NCBI GenBank assembly: GCA_965227095.1
Contig: CBDDFL010000002.1
Span: 83,025-147,024 of the forward strand
Reading direction: 5' to 3'
Length of the DNA stretch: 64,000 bases
DNA from: Alphaproteobacteria bacterium
GTDB taxonomy: Bacteria; Pseudomonadota; Alphaproteobacteria; JANQMY01
Shown here: positions 9,612 through 18,133 of the stretch, one piece after another
Position numbering within the stretch: position 1 is the stretch's first letter
Layout: each line of letters starts with the position of its first letter
Notes under the pieces: model-generated
Database searches by the model: none
What the model saw: only the letters and a program-made list of their open reading frames with translations
Told to the model about the DNA's origin: nothing
Made by a program: the position numbers and the translations under genes

Positions 9612-10292
9612 TCAGTGCCAATCCAACCGAACTCTGCTGGACAGCCCCGCGTCTTGGATTAGCTTGCGCATCGCTTCTGTTGCGTCGCGCAGCAGCGGGT
9701 TCTTGCGTTCGTGCGTTTCGATGACCGCGTTTTCAATATGGTCAAACGATCCCTGCGCAACCAGATGGGGGATGACGTCAACTTCCGCACCCTCAATGTC
9801 CATTTTCATTAAATGAATAGATTGTGGGAGACTATTTATGAAGCGCGCTAAATCAACTGTCTGTACGGAGACAGTTTCGTTTTGCAGTACGTTTGTCTTT
9901 TCCGCTTTGAGAGACGAACCTGTGGAAAAGGCTACCTCATTCTCTTTGTGTAATTCATGCAGATACAATGACGCTTCGCCGTCGCAATTGGAAACGGCAG
10001 CGTTATGAAGCGTGATGTTTGGCCAATTTCCCAGATTGCGCGACAACATTTCGAAAGCCACCGGATTTGGCTCGAACGCGTGAACGATTGCGCCACGCAA
10101 CCCCAATATGAAGCTCATTCGGCCAACATTGGCGCCCGCATCAATGACAAGGTTCCCCTTTACGGCCGAGTTGAGCATTGCTGCCAGTTCTGGCTCGACG
10201 GACGCCGGCAGAAAGCGCCCCGCGCGATATTCCTTGAACCACTTCCAACTCGTTTTCGATAAATGCCGCGGAAAGGCAAGGCGTCCAATCAT
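9612..10292 (-). CDS. FkbM-family SAM-dependent methyltransferase
   Basis: Contains VIDAGANVGRMSFILG…LMKMDIEGAEVDVIPHL, which are FkbM domain motifs. Confidence 0.75.
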   Translation of the reverse strand: MIGRLAFPRHLSKTSWKWFKEYRAGRFLPASVEPELAAMLNSAVKGNLVIDAGANVGRMSFILGLRGAIVHAFEPNPVAFEMLSRNLGNWPNITLHNAAVSNCDGEASLYLHELHKENEVAFSTGSSLKAEKTNVLQNETVSVQTVDLARFINSLPQSIHLMKMDIEGAEVDVIPHLVAQGSFDHIENAVIETHERKNPLLRDATEAMRKLIQDAGLSSRVRLDWH

Positions 10293-10304
10293 ACCAAGTT
10301 CATC

Positions 10305-11264
10305 CTACGATTCACGGTGGCCGCCAGCGCCGACCGCAGTTTCCCAAGCACTGCCAAAACGGGCGATCTGTATACCGATCACTTCAAAAAAGTAGTTCCT
10401 AAAGGTCGGGTATGTCTGCCGATCTCTCCAAACAAGCCCTTTCAGGGCGGACAATCCGATTAATCCCGAAAAACTCGCGCATCGCCCAATCGCGGCACCG
10501 CGGCTGCGCAATGTGACGACCTTATCTCTCGCAAAAATTTGCGCTGAAACGCGCCCATTGGCAAATCTTAGCCGGGCGATGTGCAAGAGGTCCAATTTTT
10601 CCGGTCGGACAAGGTGACGTAAGAAAACACCGGGATCGAAATAGACGAGGGCTGCGGGGTCTTTTTTCCGCAGCCTTATCTGAAAGTCAGTCTCCTCGCC
10701 ATAGCTGATTTTGTTGCCTGACATTCCAAGTTCCGGATTGAAACCGCCCATCTCTTTGATGCGTTTGCGCTCGACAAAGAAATTTCCGCCGCTGATAAAC
10801 TCAGTCGGTCCCAAGGCTCCCGCGGCAGATCTGCGTTTGTTGGAGCTTCCATATTTATCTTTGAACCAGGCGGGTTTTTGGCCCTGGTACCAGGGACCAT
10901 AAGGACCTCCAAAGACGGCTGGTTGTTGGTTTTCTATCACTGCAAGGGCTGCGTCGAGCCATTTGTCGTCAACGATGCATTCATCGTCAATGTAACCCAC
11001 ATATGTCCCGACCGCAGTTGCCGCGCCGCGATTGCGTGCATGGGACAAACCTTGCGCCGGTTCAAACACGTAGCGTGCGTTTGGTTTGTCGGCAATGAGG
11101 TTCTGTATGGTGTGGGCGGTGGTGTCGGTGGAGTTATTGTCAACCACGACAGCCTCGACTTGGTCGTGTTTCTCTATCGCGTCGAGCACGGAAAGGAGGG
11201 CGGTGGCGGCAAGGTCCGCCCGATTATAGGTGCAGATGACAATAGAAAGAATAATGTCGTTCAT
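10305..11264 (-). CDS. glycosyltransferase family 2
   Basis: Contains LSIVICTYNRADLAATALLSV…VVVDNNSTD…YIDDE, a GT2 N-terminal signature. Confidence 0.8.
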   Translation of the reverse strand: MNDIILSIVICTYNRADLAATALLSVLDAIEKHDQVEAVVVDNNSTDTTAHTIQNLIADKPNARYVFEPAQGLSHARNRGAATAVGTYVGYIDDECIVDDKWLDAALAVIENQQPAVFGGPYGPWYQGQKPAWFKDKYGSSNKRRSAAGALGPTEFISGGNFFVERKRIKEMGGFNPELGMSGNKISYGEETDFQIRLRKKDPAALVYFDPGVFLRHLVRPEKLDLLHIARLRFANGRVSAQIFARDKVVTLRSRGAAIGRCASFSGLIGLSALKGLVWRDRQTYPTFRNYFFEVIGIQIARFGSAWETAVGAGGHRES

Positions 11265-11294
11265 TCTGATGGGAAAACTGTGGGGGCGGTTTGG

Positions 11295-12275
11295 TTATGA
11301 CGTGGCTTTAAGTTGATGCGAAAGGGCGCGCATTGCCATGTTCTGCGACACCCGCCCGATGGGGCGATTGCCCAGACGTCGCCAAAAATTCCGCCAAACG
11401 GTTTTGTTTTTCTGGGGTGTCGATGTGGTGTGGAGAAATTTTTCCCAGATGCGCAGTAGATTTCGCGCGGCAACAAAGTCATCCCGCCCGAAAAGCGACC
11501 GGATGCCATGTTGAAACACGCCGCGCAAGTGAAGGAGGTCGTCCTCGGACATGTTTAAGGTTGGATCCAGTCGTGCGATGTTTCTGGCCGAGACTTTATT
11601 GGCAAATTTCTGCTGTTGGGGGCGCAAACGCCCACTGATGCTGTGGGTATTTATGCGGTAACGGACAAGCGTCTCGGGAAGATTGGATACGGTCCCCTTT
11701 TCTATGAGACGCGACCACAACTCATAATCCTGGGAGTATTGGAAATCTTCGTCGTAGAGTACCGGAGTGTCCCCGAGGCCCTCTCTCCTGAACATCATCG
11801 AACTATGGCAGAACGCATTGTGAAACAGGAGTTGCCAGGCGATTTCATGTGAGGCGGTTGGAACCTTGATGCTTCGGACCACCTGCCCGTCTTCATTGAT
11901 GGTTTTGTAAAACGTGCCCAAGGCAAGCAAGCCGGCGTCTTCTTCAAATGCTTTGATTTGCTGCGCGAACCTGTTGGGTTCCGAGATGTCGTCGGCGTCT
12001 TGACGGGCGACCAACGCTCCGCGGGATTGATGGATTGCAACATTCAACGACTTTGTGAGGCCGATATTGGTGTCGTTCGGGATGATCCGTACCCGTTGAT
12101 CCTGCGCGGCATACTGCGCTAAGCGTTCAGAACTGCCGTCAGTCGAACCGTCATCGACAATAAGAAACTCAAAATCATCAAAGGTTTGCTGCAGAATGCT
12201 CTCAACCGCTTCGTCTAAATGACGCCGGGTGTTGTGAACCGACATAATGACAGAGATGGACGGGGCGCTGTTCAT
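11295..12275 (-). CDS. glycosyltransferase family 2
   Basis: Contains ISVIMSVHNTRRHLDEAVESILQQTFDDFEFLIVDDGSTDGS…ARQDADDIS, the GT2 DxD/DDGS signatures. Confidence 0.8.
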   Translation of the reverse strand: MNSAPSISVIMSVHNTRRHLDEAVESILQQTFDDFEFLIVDDGSTDGSSERLAQYAAQDQRVRIIPNDTNIGLTKSLNVAIHQSRGALVARQDADDISEPNRFAQQIKAFEEDAGLLALGTFYKTINEDGQVVRSIKVPTASHEIAWQLLFHNAFCHSSMMFRREGLGDTPVLYDEDFQYSQDYELWSRLIEKGTVSNLPETLVRYRINTHSISGRLRPQQQKFANKVSARNIARLDPTLNMSEDDLLHLRGVFQHGIRSLFGRDDFVAARNLLRIWEKFLHTTSTPQKNKTVWRNFWRRLGNRPIGRVSQNMAMRALSHQLKATS

Positions 12276-12305
12276 AAGGTCAAACGAATTGCCTCTCCTA
12301 AGCCA

Positions 12306-13139
12306 TTATAAACGCGTTGCAATCGCGTACGCCCGGTGTTGGGACGCCGTAATGTGGTCGACGCGATAGTGCCCTTTCGCTTCCACAGCGTTGATCGCGG
12401 AAACGACACCTGGAAATTCCTGCGGTGTCACATCGTCGAAAACAATCATGTCACCTGTTTGTTGGCGAGAGGCGACATAATTGTATTCCTCCAACACGTC
12501 CTTCTCTTCATGGGTTGCGTCCAGAAAAGCAAAGTTGACGCGGCTCAGCCCAATCGTTTGTAAAAGATCACGGACATTGCCTTCCACAAAACAAATACGC
12601 CGCAGCAGAGGCTCCCAAGGGGCTAAAATTTCAGATCGTGTTTTCTCGCGCTCCAAATCATCAATACAATTCCAGATCATTGGGATGTGGTGGGGCAGAC
12701 GGTCAAGCGTAACGATGGACCCCTCTATGCCCGCGTCCTCAAGCGCCCTGGACATGACAACCGAGGAAAACCCGCGCGCTGTGCCGGTTTCAAAAATGGT
12801 GACAGGGTAGTCGGGATCGTTGTCCAAATATTTCCGTAAGGTGGCGTAAAGGACCCGCCCATGTCCGTAGTTAAGTGGATTCTTCTTGACGACACATTGG
12901 GTATGGAGGGCGAGCTCATTCATCCAGCCAAGGTCGATGGCGAAACCGGTATTTTGTTCGACCGACTCAACCTCCGGATAGGATTGATCGCAGGCTTGTT
13001 GATGCAACGCCAAATAGGTTTCTCGATCGGCATGGGGGGCGGTGCCCAACGGGGCGGCGGCGCGCATTTGGGCTGACGGAGCCGACGGCACAGGGGCAAT
13101 CAACTGGCGGAGTTTTGATGTAAGTCCGGTTCCGAACAT
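12306..13139 (-). CDS. SAM-dependent sugar O-methyltransferase, TylF/MycF (macrocin-O-MT)-like
   Basis: Contains IFETGTARGFSS (an E-x-G-x-x-R-G-x-S motif) and LDATHEE, resembling the TylF/CmcI family. The family assignment is tentative. Confidence 0.55.
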   Translation of the reverse strand: MFGTGLTSKLRQLIAPVPSAPSAQMRAAAPLGTAPHADRETYLALHQQACDQSYPEVESVEQNTGFAIDLGWMNELALHTQCVVKKNPLNYGHGRVLYATLRKYLDNDPDYPVTIFETGTARGFSSVVMSRALEDAGIEGSIVTLDRLPHHIPMIWNCIDDLEREKTRSEILAPWEPLLRRICFVEGNVRDLLQTIGLSRVNFAFLDATHEEKDVLEEYNYVASRQQTGDMIVFDDVTPQEFPGVVSAINAVEAKGHYRVDHITASQHRAYAIATRL

Positions 13140-13165
13140 AGGATTAAAGTGCGTGTTCCTGAGAT

Positions 13166-14314
13166 CTAGGTGCTGACGGTCTGAGGTGTAAGGGCGGCCT
13201 TTTCATAAACCGCAAGCTCCATTTCCACAACACGGTCGAGCGATACAGTGGATTCGATTTCTCTGCGCGCGGCATTGCCCAGCCGCCGTGCGCAATCAGG
13301 GTCATCGAGAAGCTGCTTGATTGCCGCCCGTAAAGAATGACTGTTTGTATCTGCAAGCAAGCCCGTTCGGTTGTGGTCAATCACATTGTTGATGCCGGGA
13401 GAATTGCCGCCGACCACGCTGATGCCGCAAGACATGGCTTCCAACAGGGTTTTTGGATGGCCCTCATAATTGGATGGCAAGACGAAAACATCCGCGTTGT
13501 TGATGTAGTTCGGGATCTCATGGTTAGGGACGGCCCCATGGAAGCGTACGGCAATGTTTTTCTCGCGCGCCAAAGCGTCCATCTGCGCTTGTAAGGGACC
13601 TTTGCCGATAACATCTAGTTCTGCATCAAGTCCCGCCAACGCTTCAATCAAGAGCAAAGGGTTTTTTTGCGGACTGAGGCGACCGATGAAGATCACTCGC
13701 CGCTGGCTTGGCCTGCGGGCAGGGGGGGCAAATAAGTCCGTGTCCACATAATTTGGAACGACATTGATTTTGTCCGAGGCAACCCCATAGGACAGAACAG
13801 TATCGCGCATGGCGCCGGTCGAAACGATTGATTGTGCGGCGGCGCCAAAGGCATTTCGTTCCAGAGCTTCCGCGGCGCGAAACTGGGGTGATGATCCACC
13901 GTGAGCCCGTGCTTCAAAGTCAGAAAGGAGATAACCGCAGCGAGCGATAAAAACACTATTGTCAATCTGTGCCAAGCGCTGGGCCTCGTCGGCGCCTTTA
14001 ATTTGATTGGACTTAAATATCGCAAGGCTTCCCCGGCAACGCTGCCGCGTCAGGCCTGGTAACAAACGCCGGTAAACCCAATTTGGGATGCCAAATCTGT
14101 TGACGATCAAACCGATGCCGGGGAATTGGTTTATTACGTCCAGATCTTTGTGGGTGCCGTGAGACACAATGGTCACACCCGCAAGGTTGGGCTTTAGCCG
14201 GCTGTAGAGGGCCATTTCCCGTGAGAGCATGCCGATGTCTTGCCATGCTTTCAGGGACATGCCGGTTGTTAGAACAACAAACAAATGAATTGGGTGTGTT
14301 CGGTCGGTCGTCAT
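13166..14314 (-). CDS. glycosyltransferase family 4 (GT-B)
   Basis: Contains …VFVLPSNYEGHPKTLLEAMSCGISVVG…, the GT4 E-x7-E region. Confidence 0.75.
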   Translation of the reverse strand: MTTDRTHPIHLFVVLTTGMSLKAWQDIGMLSREMALYSRLKPNLAGVTIVSHGTHKDLDVINQFPGIGLIVNRFGIPNWVYRRLLPGLTRQRCRGSLAIFKSNQIKGADEAQRLAQIDNSVFIARCGYLLSDFEARAHGGSSPQFRAAEALERNAFGAAAQSIVSTGAMRDTVLSYGVASDKINVVPNYVDTDLFAPPARRPSQRRVIFIGRLSPQKNPLLLIEALAGLDAELDVIGKGPLQAQMDALAREKNIAVRFHGAVPNHEIPNYINNADVFVLPSNYEGHPKTLLEAMSCGISVVGGNSPGINNVIDHNRTGLLADTNSHSLRAAIKQLLDDPDCARRLGNAARREIESTVSLDRVVEMELAVYEKAALTPQTVST

Positions 14315-14339
14315 CTCTGGTCAAAGATCGGTATGCAGA

Positions 14340-15053
14340 TCAAATGCGTTGCACAATCGCGGCATATCCGTGAGCGGGGATCGGAATAAAAGGGTCTAGA
14401 CGAAGCGAGATTCTTAACAGTTGGCCGTAGATTGATTTGAACACTTTGTTGCGTCGCGCCCCACGATACCGGATCCGATGAACGCTTTTCTTAAGAAATC
14501 TCGTCACGGAATTGTCCGGCAGGAGGTCAAGCAATAAACGCCACACCATCGCGGTTTCTAAGACACCGATCCACAGAAAGTGAAGAAGGTAACTGGGCAG
14601 TCCGCCAAACTTCACAATGTCGACCACGCGGTAGCCGGAGCTTTCAAATACTTTTTGAAGTGTCGAGGGCGAGTAGTACCGCCAGCCATGATATCCGTAA
14701 AGCAAGAAGGCAGCAGAGGATGGCACAATGTGCAGGCCAAAGGCACCCGGCTCTGTGTGAGCTGCGACACGGGCAATGGCCGCTTTCTCGTCTTCGACGT
14801 GCTCAAGCGCGCTTGAACTCATGGAGAAATTGGACCGCATGTCCGGCATGTCCAAATCCTCGCACTGAGCCAGCACAAGTTCTTTCGAAAGCGGGGCGTC
14901 CGCTGGCGATCCACACCATCGGCTATGTTTTTTCACGTCTATGCCGATATAGCGGCCGCTTCGATTGGCCTTTTTGAACCAGTCGTAGTGGTCTCCAGGG
15001 CCGCACCCGATATCGATAATCACAGCGTTTTCAGGACAATAATGTGGGATCAA
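14340..15053 (-). CDS. class I SAM-dependent methyltransferase
   Basis: Contains IIDIGCGPGDHYDWF (the glycine-rich SAM motif I) and LEHVEDEKAA (motif II region). Confidence 0.65.
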   Translation of the reverse strand: MIPHYCPENAVIIDIGCGPGDHYDWFKKANRSGRYIGIDVKKHSRWCGSPADAPLSKELVLAQCEDLDMPDMRSNFSMSSSALEHVEDEKAAIARVAAHTEPGAFGLHIVPSSAAFLLYGYHGWRYYSPSTLQKVFESSGYRVVDIVKFGGLPSYLLHFLWIGVLETAMVWRLLLDLLPDNSVTRFLKKSVHRIRYRGARRNKVFKSIYGQLLRISLRLDPFIPIPAHGYAAIVQRI

Positions 15054-15375
15054 TTCGCTGAGACACGCTTCCGTGTAAATTCGGGTTGGTGATGGCGCAT
15101 CTTTAACCCGTTGCGGAAGATCACAGGATGTCCCGATGACCTGTTTTCGTGATGCTTTTGCGGACTGCCTGACGCCGAATATCCGAGAGAAGCCGGCGCC
15201 ACATAAGTGCGCCGCTCATCAGGTGTCAGCGAGGGGTTGTCCCCACACACTTCTCCGAACCGGTTCACGGTCATGGAGTCTGCCTGATCAATGGCAGGTG
15301 GTGTTTTGAGTTGATCTGAGGCGTCACGTTCTTCTGAGTGACCAAACGGCGACACGGCATCATGGCAACTTTCCC

Positions 15376-15387
15376 CACGCTACCGCC
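15376..15387 (-). promoter_or_regulatory. ops (operon polarity suppressor) element, exact 12-mer GGCGGTAGCGTG on the minus (coding) strand
   Basis: The plus strand reads CACGCTACCGCC at 15376-15387, whose reverse complement is GGCGGTAGCGTG. It sits in the 390-bp leader between the RfaH-like gene (stop 15444) and the downstream minus-strand MT/GT operon (first start 15053). Confidence 0.6.
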
Positions 15388-15443
15388 GTTCGGGTGAAAA
15401 TCACCCGTTGGTCAGTCCCTCCCGGCTTCTTGCATCAATGCGG

Positions 15444-15944
15444 TCATCGCGCCGATACAAGCGATCCTTTCGATACAGTCGCAACGACAGTACCACCCAA
15501 TGTTTCCAGCAATAGGCGCGTCCGGTCACCCGGAAGCATGTCGCGGATTGTGGCAACACAGTCCACGAATGGGCCGGTAATGATTTTAACAAGATCACCC
15601 TTCTTCATTCCTGCGGGTGACAGTGAACAATTGCCCTCTTCGTCCAAAGAATATTTGAGCGCATCTATGAAATCGTGTGGCAATGCCTTCGGAGTCCGAG
15701 AGTCAGCGATGACATATTTGACGCCATACGTCCCGTTGATCGACGTCCACGGTTCGTTTTCAATATCAAGATCGACGAACACATATCCCGGAAAAACCGG
15801 TTCCGGTTTGGTTTGGATCCGTCCCGCATGACGGCGCGACCGCAGCATAACGGGCAGCCATGTGCGAAATCCTTGACGCTTCAGATTAATCTCCGCGCGT
15901 ACCTCCTGATGTGGCCGCGTGTGCACCACTGCCCAGCGTCTCAT
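15444..15944 (-). CDS. NusG-family transcription antiterminator, RfaH-like paralog
   Basis: 166 aa, similar in length to RfaH. It has an NGN-like N-terminus (WAVVHTRPHQEVRAEINLKRQG…EPVFPGYVFVDLD) and a KOW-like C-terminus (GDLVKIITGPFVDCVATI). It overlaps the upstream regulator by 4 bp (ATGA). Confidence 0.8.
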   Translation of the reverse strand: MRRWAVVHTRPHQEVRAEINLKRQGFRTWLPVMLRSRRHAGRIQTKPEPVFPGYVFVDLDIENEPWTSINGTYGVKYVIADSRTPKALPHDFIDALKYSLDEEGNCSLSPAGMKKGDLVKIITGPFVDCVATIRDMLPGDRTRLLLETLGGTVVATVSKGSLVSAR

Positions 15945-16591
15945 CGGGGGTCCTCCTCTAACGGGCGCTCGCCGGTTGCAAAATCCGGCGTATCCCGCGT
16001 CACCCGCATAAAGTCCGGTGTTAGAATGGAACGTGGATCGACCGTCTTGGTGAGTTCATCGTAGGTGTGTTGAGGTGTCCGCGACTCAACCACGATGATT
16101 CCCGGTACTGTGGTTAGAGTCTCAAGCTTTCCGATCACGGGGTGTCCATTCTTTTGCGCCAGATTGCTACCAGGGCAATAGAGGCCCAAAATTTGAACAT
16201 CCCCCTCACTGGCTGCCAGGAGCGCAATCTCGATCAGCTCACCGTCACCGGCTAAAACGAACGTGTCCACACCACACGCTTTTGCGCGAGCGAACAGATC
16301 CGCATATTGACCTTTTGCGAGACGAAAAAAACCGAGCGACGATTCTAGATACTCGGCCACCAGACGTGACTTTTCCTGAAACCCTTTTGGTGTCAGATAA
16401 TACGCGTATCGCTTATAGGGAGCGGCCTGGACTTTCACGAAGCCCTTTTTGACGGCCCGCTTGAGCAGGGCATTGACAAATCCCACAGAAACCGACACCC
16501 GCTTGGCAAGCGACATTTGCGTAATCACATCGCCGCGTTCCAGCTCGGTAAGAAAATCGATTTCGCTTTGCGCTTTCGCCTTGTCGGCCAA
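15941..16591 (-). CDS. putative transcriptional regulator: N-terminal winged-helix, C-terminal Rossmann/CoA-binding-like domain (Rex-like architecture)
   Basis: The N-terminus contains ITQMSLAKRVSVSVGFVNALLKRAVKKGFV…YYLTPKG, a MarR/Rex-type wHTH. The C-terminus contains VDTFVLAGDGELIEIALLAASEGDVQILGLY, a βαβ nucleotide-binding-like segment. The domain assignment is inferred. Confidence 0.5.
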   Translation of the reverse strand: MADKAKAQSEIDFLTELERGDVITQMSLAKRVSVSVGFVNALLKRAVKKGFVKVQAAPYKRYAYYLTPKGFQEKSRLVAEYLESSLGFFRLAKGQYADLFARAKACGVDTFVLAGDGELIEIALLAASEGDVQILGLYCPGSNLAQKNGHPVIGKLETLTTVPGIIVVESRTPQHTYDELTKTVDPRSILTPDFMRVTRDTPDFATGERPLEEDPR

Positions 16592-16899
16592 TGATTTCTG
16601 CCTCTTGGATAGGGATTTTTGGTTTATATACTCACACTGTGAACGTCAAGCTATGAATAGGTATCAGGGGCGGGAGGCAACGGATACATGGGCATAGGGT
16701 GTGGTGCGCGCGGCTATGTGGGTCCGGGTGACATTGGAGCGTCGTCTGCAGCAGAATTTTCGGCGAATTCAGGCGACAAATGCGAATGTGCGGGGGCTCA
16801 AGCCCATTGAAAGAACTTCTGAATTTTTGTTAACTATTCGGTGACGAACGCACGCCACTCTGAATAATATTGGTATGATTCTGTTTTTGCGTCGAAAGC

Positions 16900-17925
16900 T
16901 TGAGGCCAATGAAATGGAGCTTTCGCAGAGGTCAGCAGGTGGGTAGGTCCCCTAACGTAAATTCACAACTTGCATTGTCCATTGTGACGCCGGTCAAGAA
17001 CCGCGTGGATATGGTGGATGCGTGCATAGTCAGCGCCGCCAAGCAGTCAAAGTCGCCTTTTCGGTCGGTTGAGCATTTGTTTGTGGATGGCAATTCGACA
17101 GATGGCACCGTAGAGCGGATCGAAAGTTATCAGCATTGCAGCCTGCTGCCACAGAAGGTGACGGGAATTTATGACGGTATGAATGCCGGCATTCGGGCTG
17201 CCAAGGGCGATATCATTTGTATTCTCAATTCCGACGATCAGTTGGCACCTGATGCGTTAGACGCCGTCTACCAAGGCTTTAGAGATCATCCAGACGCGGA
17301 AGTCATTGCAGGGCGCGCGTCCGTGCGAGACGTGGAGCAACCGCATGTGTCCTTGCGGCACTTGCCGACACCGCATGATGAAGGGGTGAATGAGTGGCCG
17401 GTGCTTTTATGGGGCGGCGTGGCGATCAATGCGCGTTTTTTCAGGCGCCAGGTCTTTGAGAAGATAGGGTTGTTCAATACAGAATTGTCCTTGGCGTCGG
17501 ATCGGGAGCACCTCATTCGCCAGCGTCTTGCAGGCATTCGAAGCCATTCCGTTGACCATGTGCTCTATCATTACACCGCCCATAAAGGGTCGGCGACCAT
17601 GGGGCAAAAAAATCGCAATGCGATGACCGTGCTCAATGAACATGTTTCGATCATGGATTGGCTTCGGCCACAAATCGCTGCCGACAGTAAAGGGCTCAGT
17701 TCGCTTCGCAAATGGGCCGCGATCGAACTCAGCCGGCGGGCCATCCTAAAGTACAGATCGCAAGATTGGAGCGGGGCAATGACTGATCTTGCCAGAGCGA
17801 CGTCATATTGCTGGCGAACAAGCCGCTATGTTGTTTATCACGAAGGTATTGCGGCGCCGTCAAGGGCGAAAGTGTCGCCGTCACAGCCCGAAGCTGCCGA
17901 AGGGGTCTTTCGGACGGCACGTTGA
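16900..17925 (+). CDS. glycosyltransferase family 2
   Basis: Contains LSIVTPVKNRVDMVDACIVSAAKQ…FVDGNSTDGT…ILNSDD. The track start is TTG; an ATG alternative lies at 16909. Confidence 0.75.
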   Translation: MRPMKWSFRRGQQVGRSPNVNSQLALSIVTPVKNRVDMVDACIVSAAKQSKSPFRSVEHLFVDGNSTDGTVERIESYQHCSLLPQKVTGIYDGMNAGIRAAKGDIICILNSDDQLAPDALDAVYQGFRDHPDAEVIAGRASVRDVEQPHVSLRHLPTPHDEGVNEWPVLLWGGVAINARFFRRQVFEKIGLFNTELSLASDREHLIRQRLAGIRSHSVDHVLYHYTAHKGSATMGQKNRNAMTVLNEHVSIMDWLRPQIAADSKGLSSLRKWAAIELSRRAILKYRSQDWSGAMTDLARATSYCWRTSRYVVYHEGIAAPSRAKVSPSQPEAAEGVFRTAR

Positions 17926-18133
17926 TCAGCATGCAAACTGATTTAACGCGCAACATCAATTCGGTTGTCGTGAAACGCGGTTGTCGGGCGCTCAAACGCC
18001 AGGTGACCTCACCGCTTGTAAAGGGACAGATGCGCCCCTATCTTAATTAACGTCATTTACCGGACATATTTCGACATGGAAAAGATCTTCGCCGCCTTCA
18101 CTCCTTCGGTTTTGCATCGAGAAGATCTGTCCA

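Noticed and set aside
15050-15355. 101-aa minus-strand ORF in the gap between the RfaH-like gene and the first methyltransferase.
   Set aside because: It has no Shine-Dalgarno or motifs and overlaps the start of the MT gene. The region is better explained as an untranslated leader carrying the ops element.
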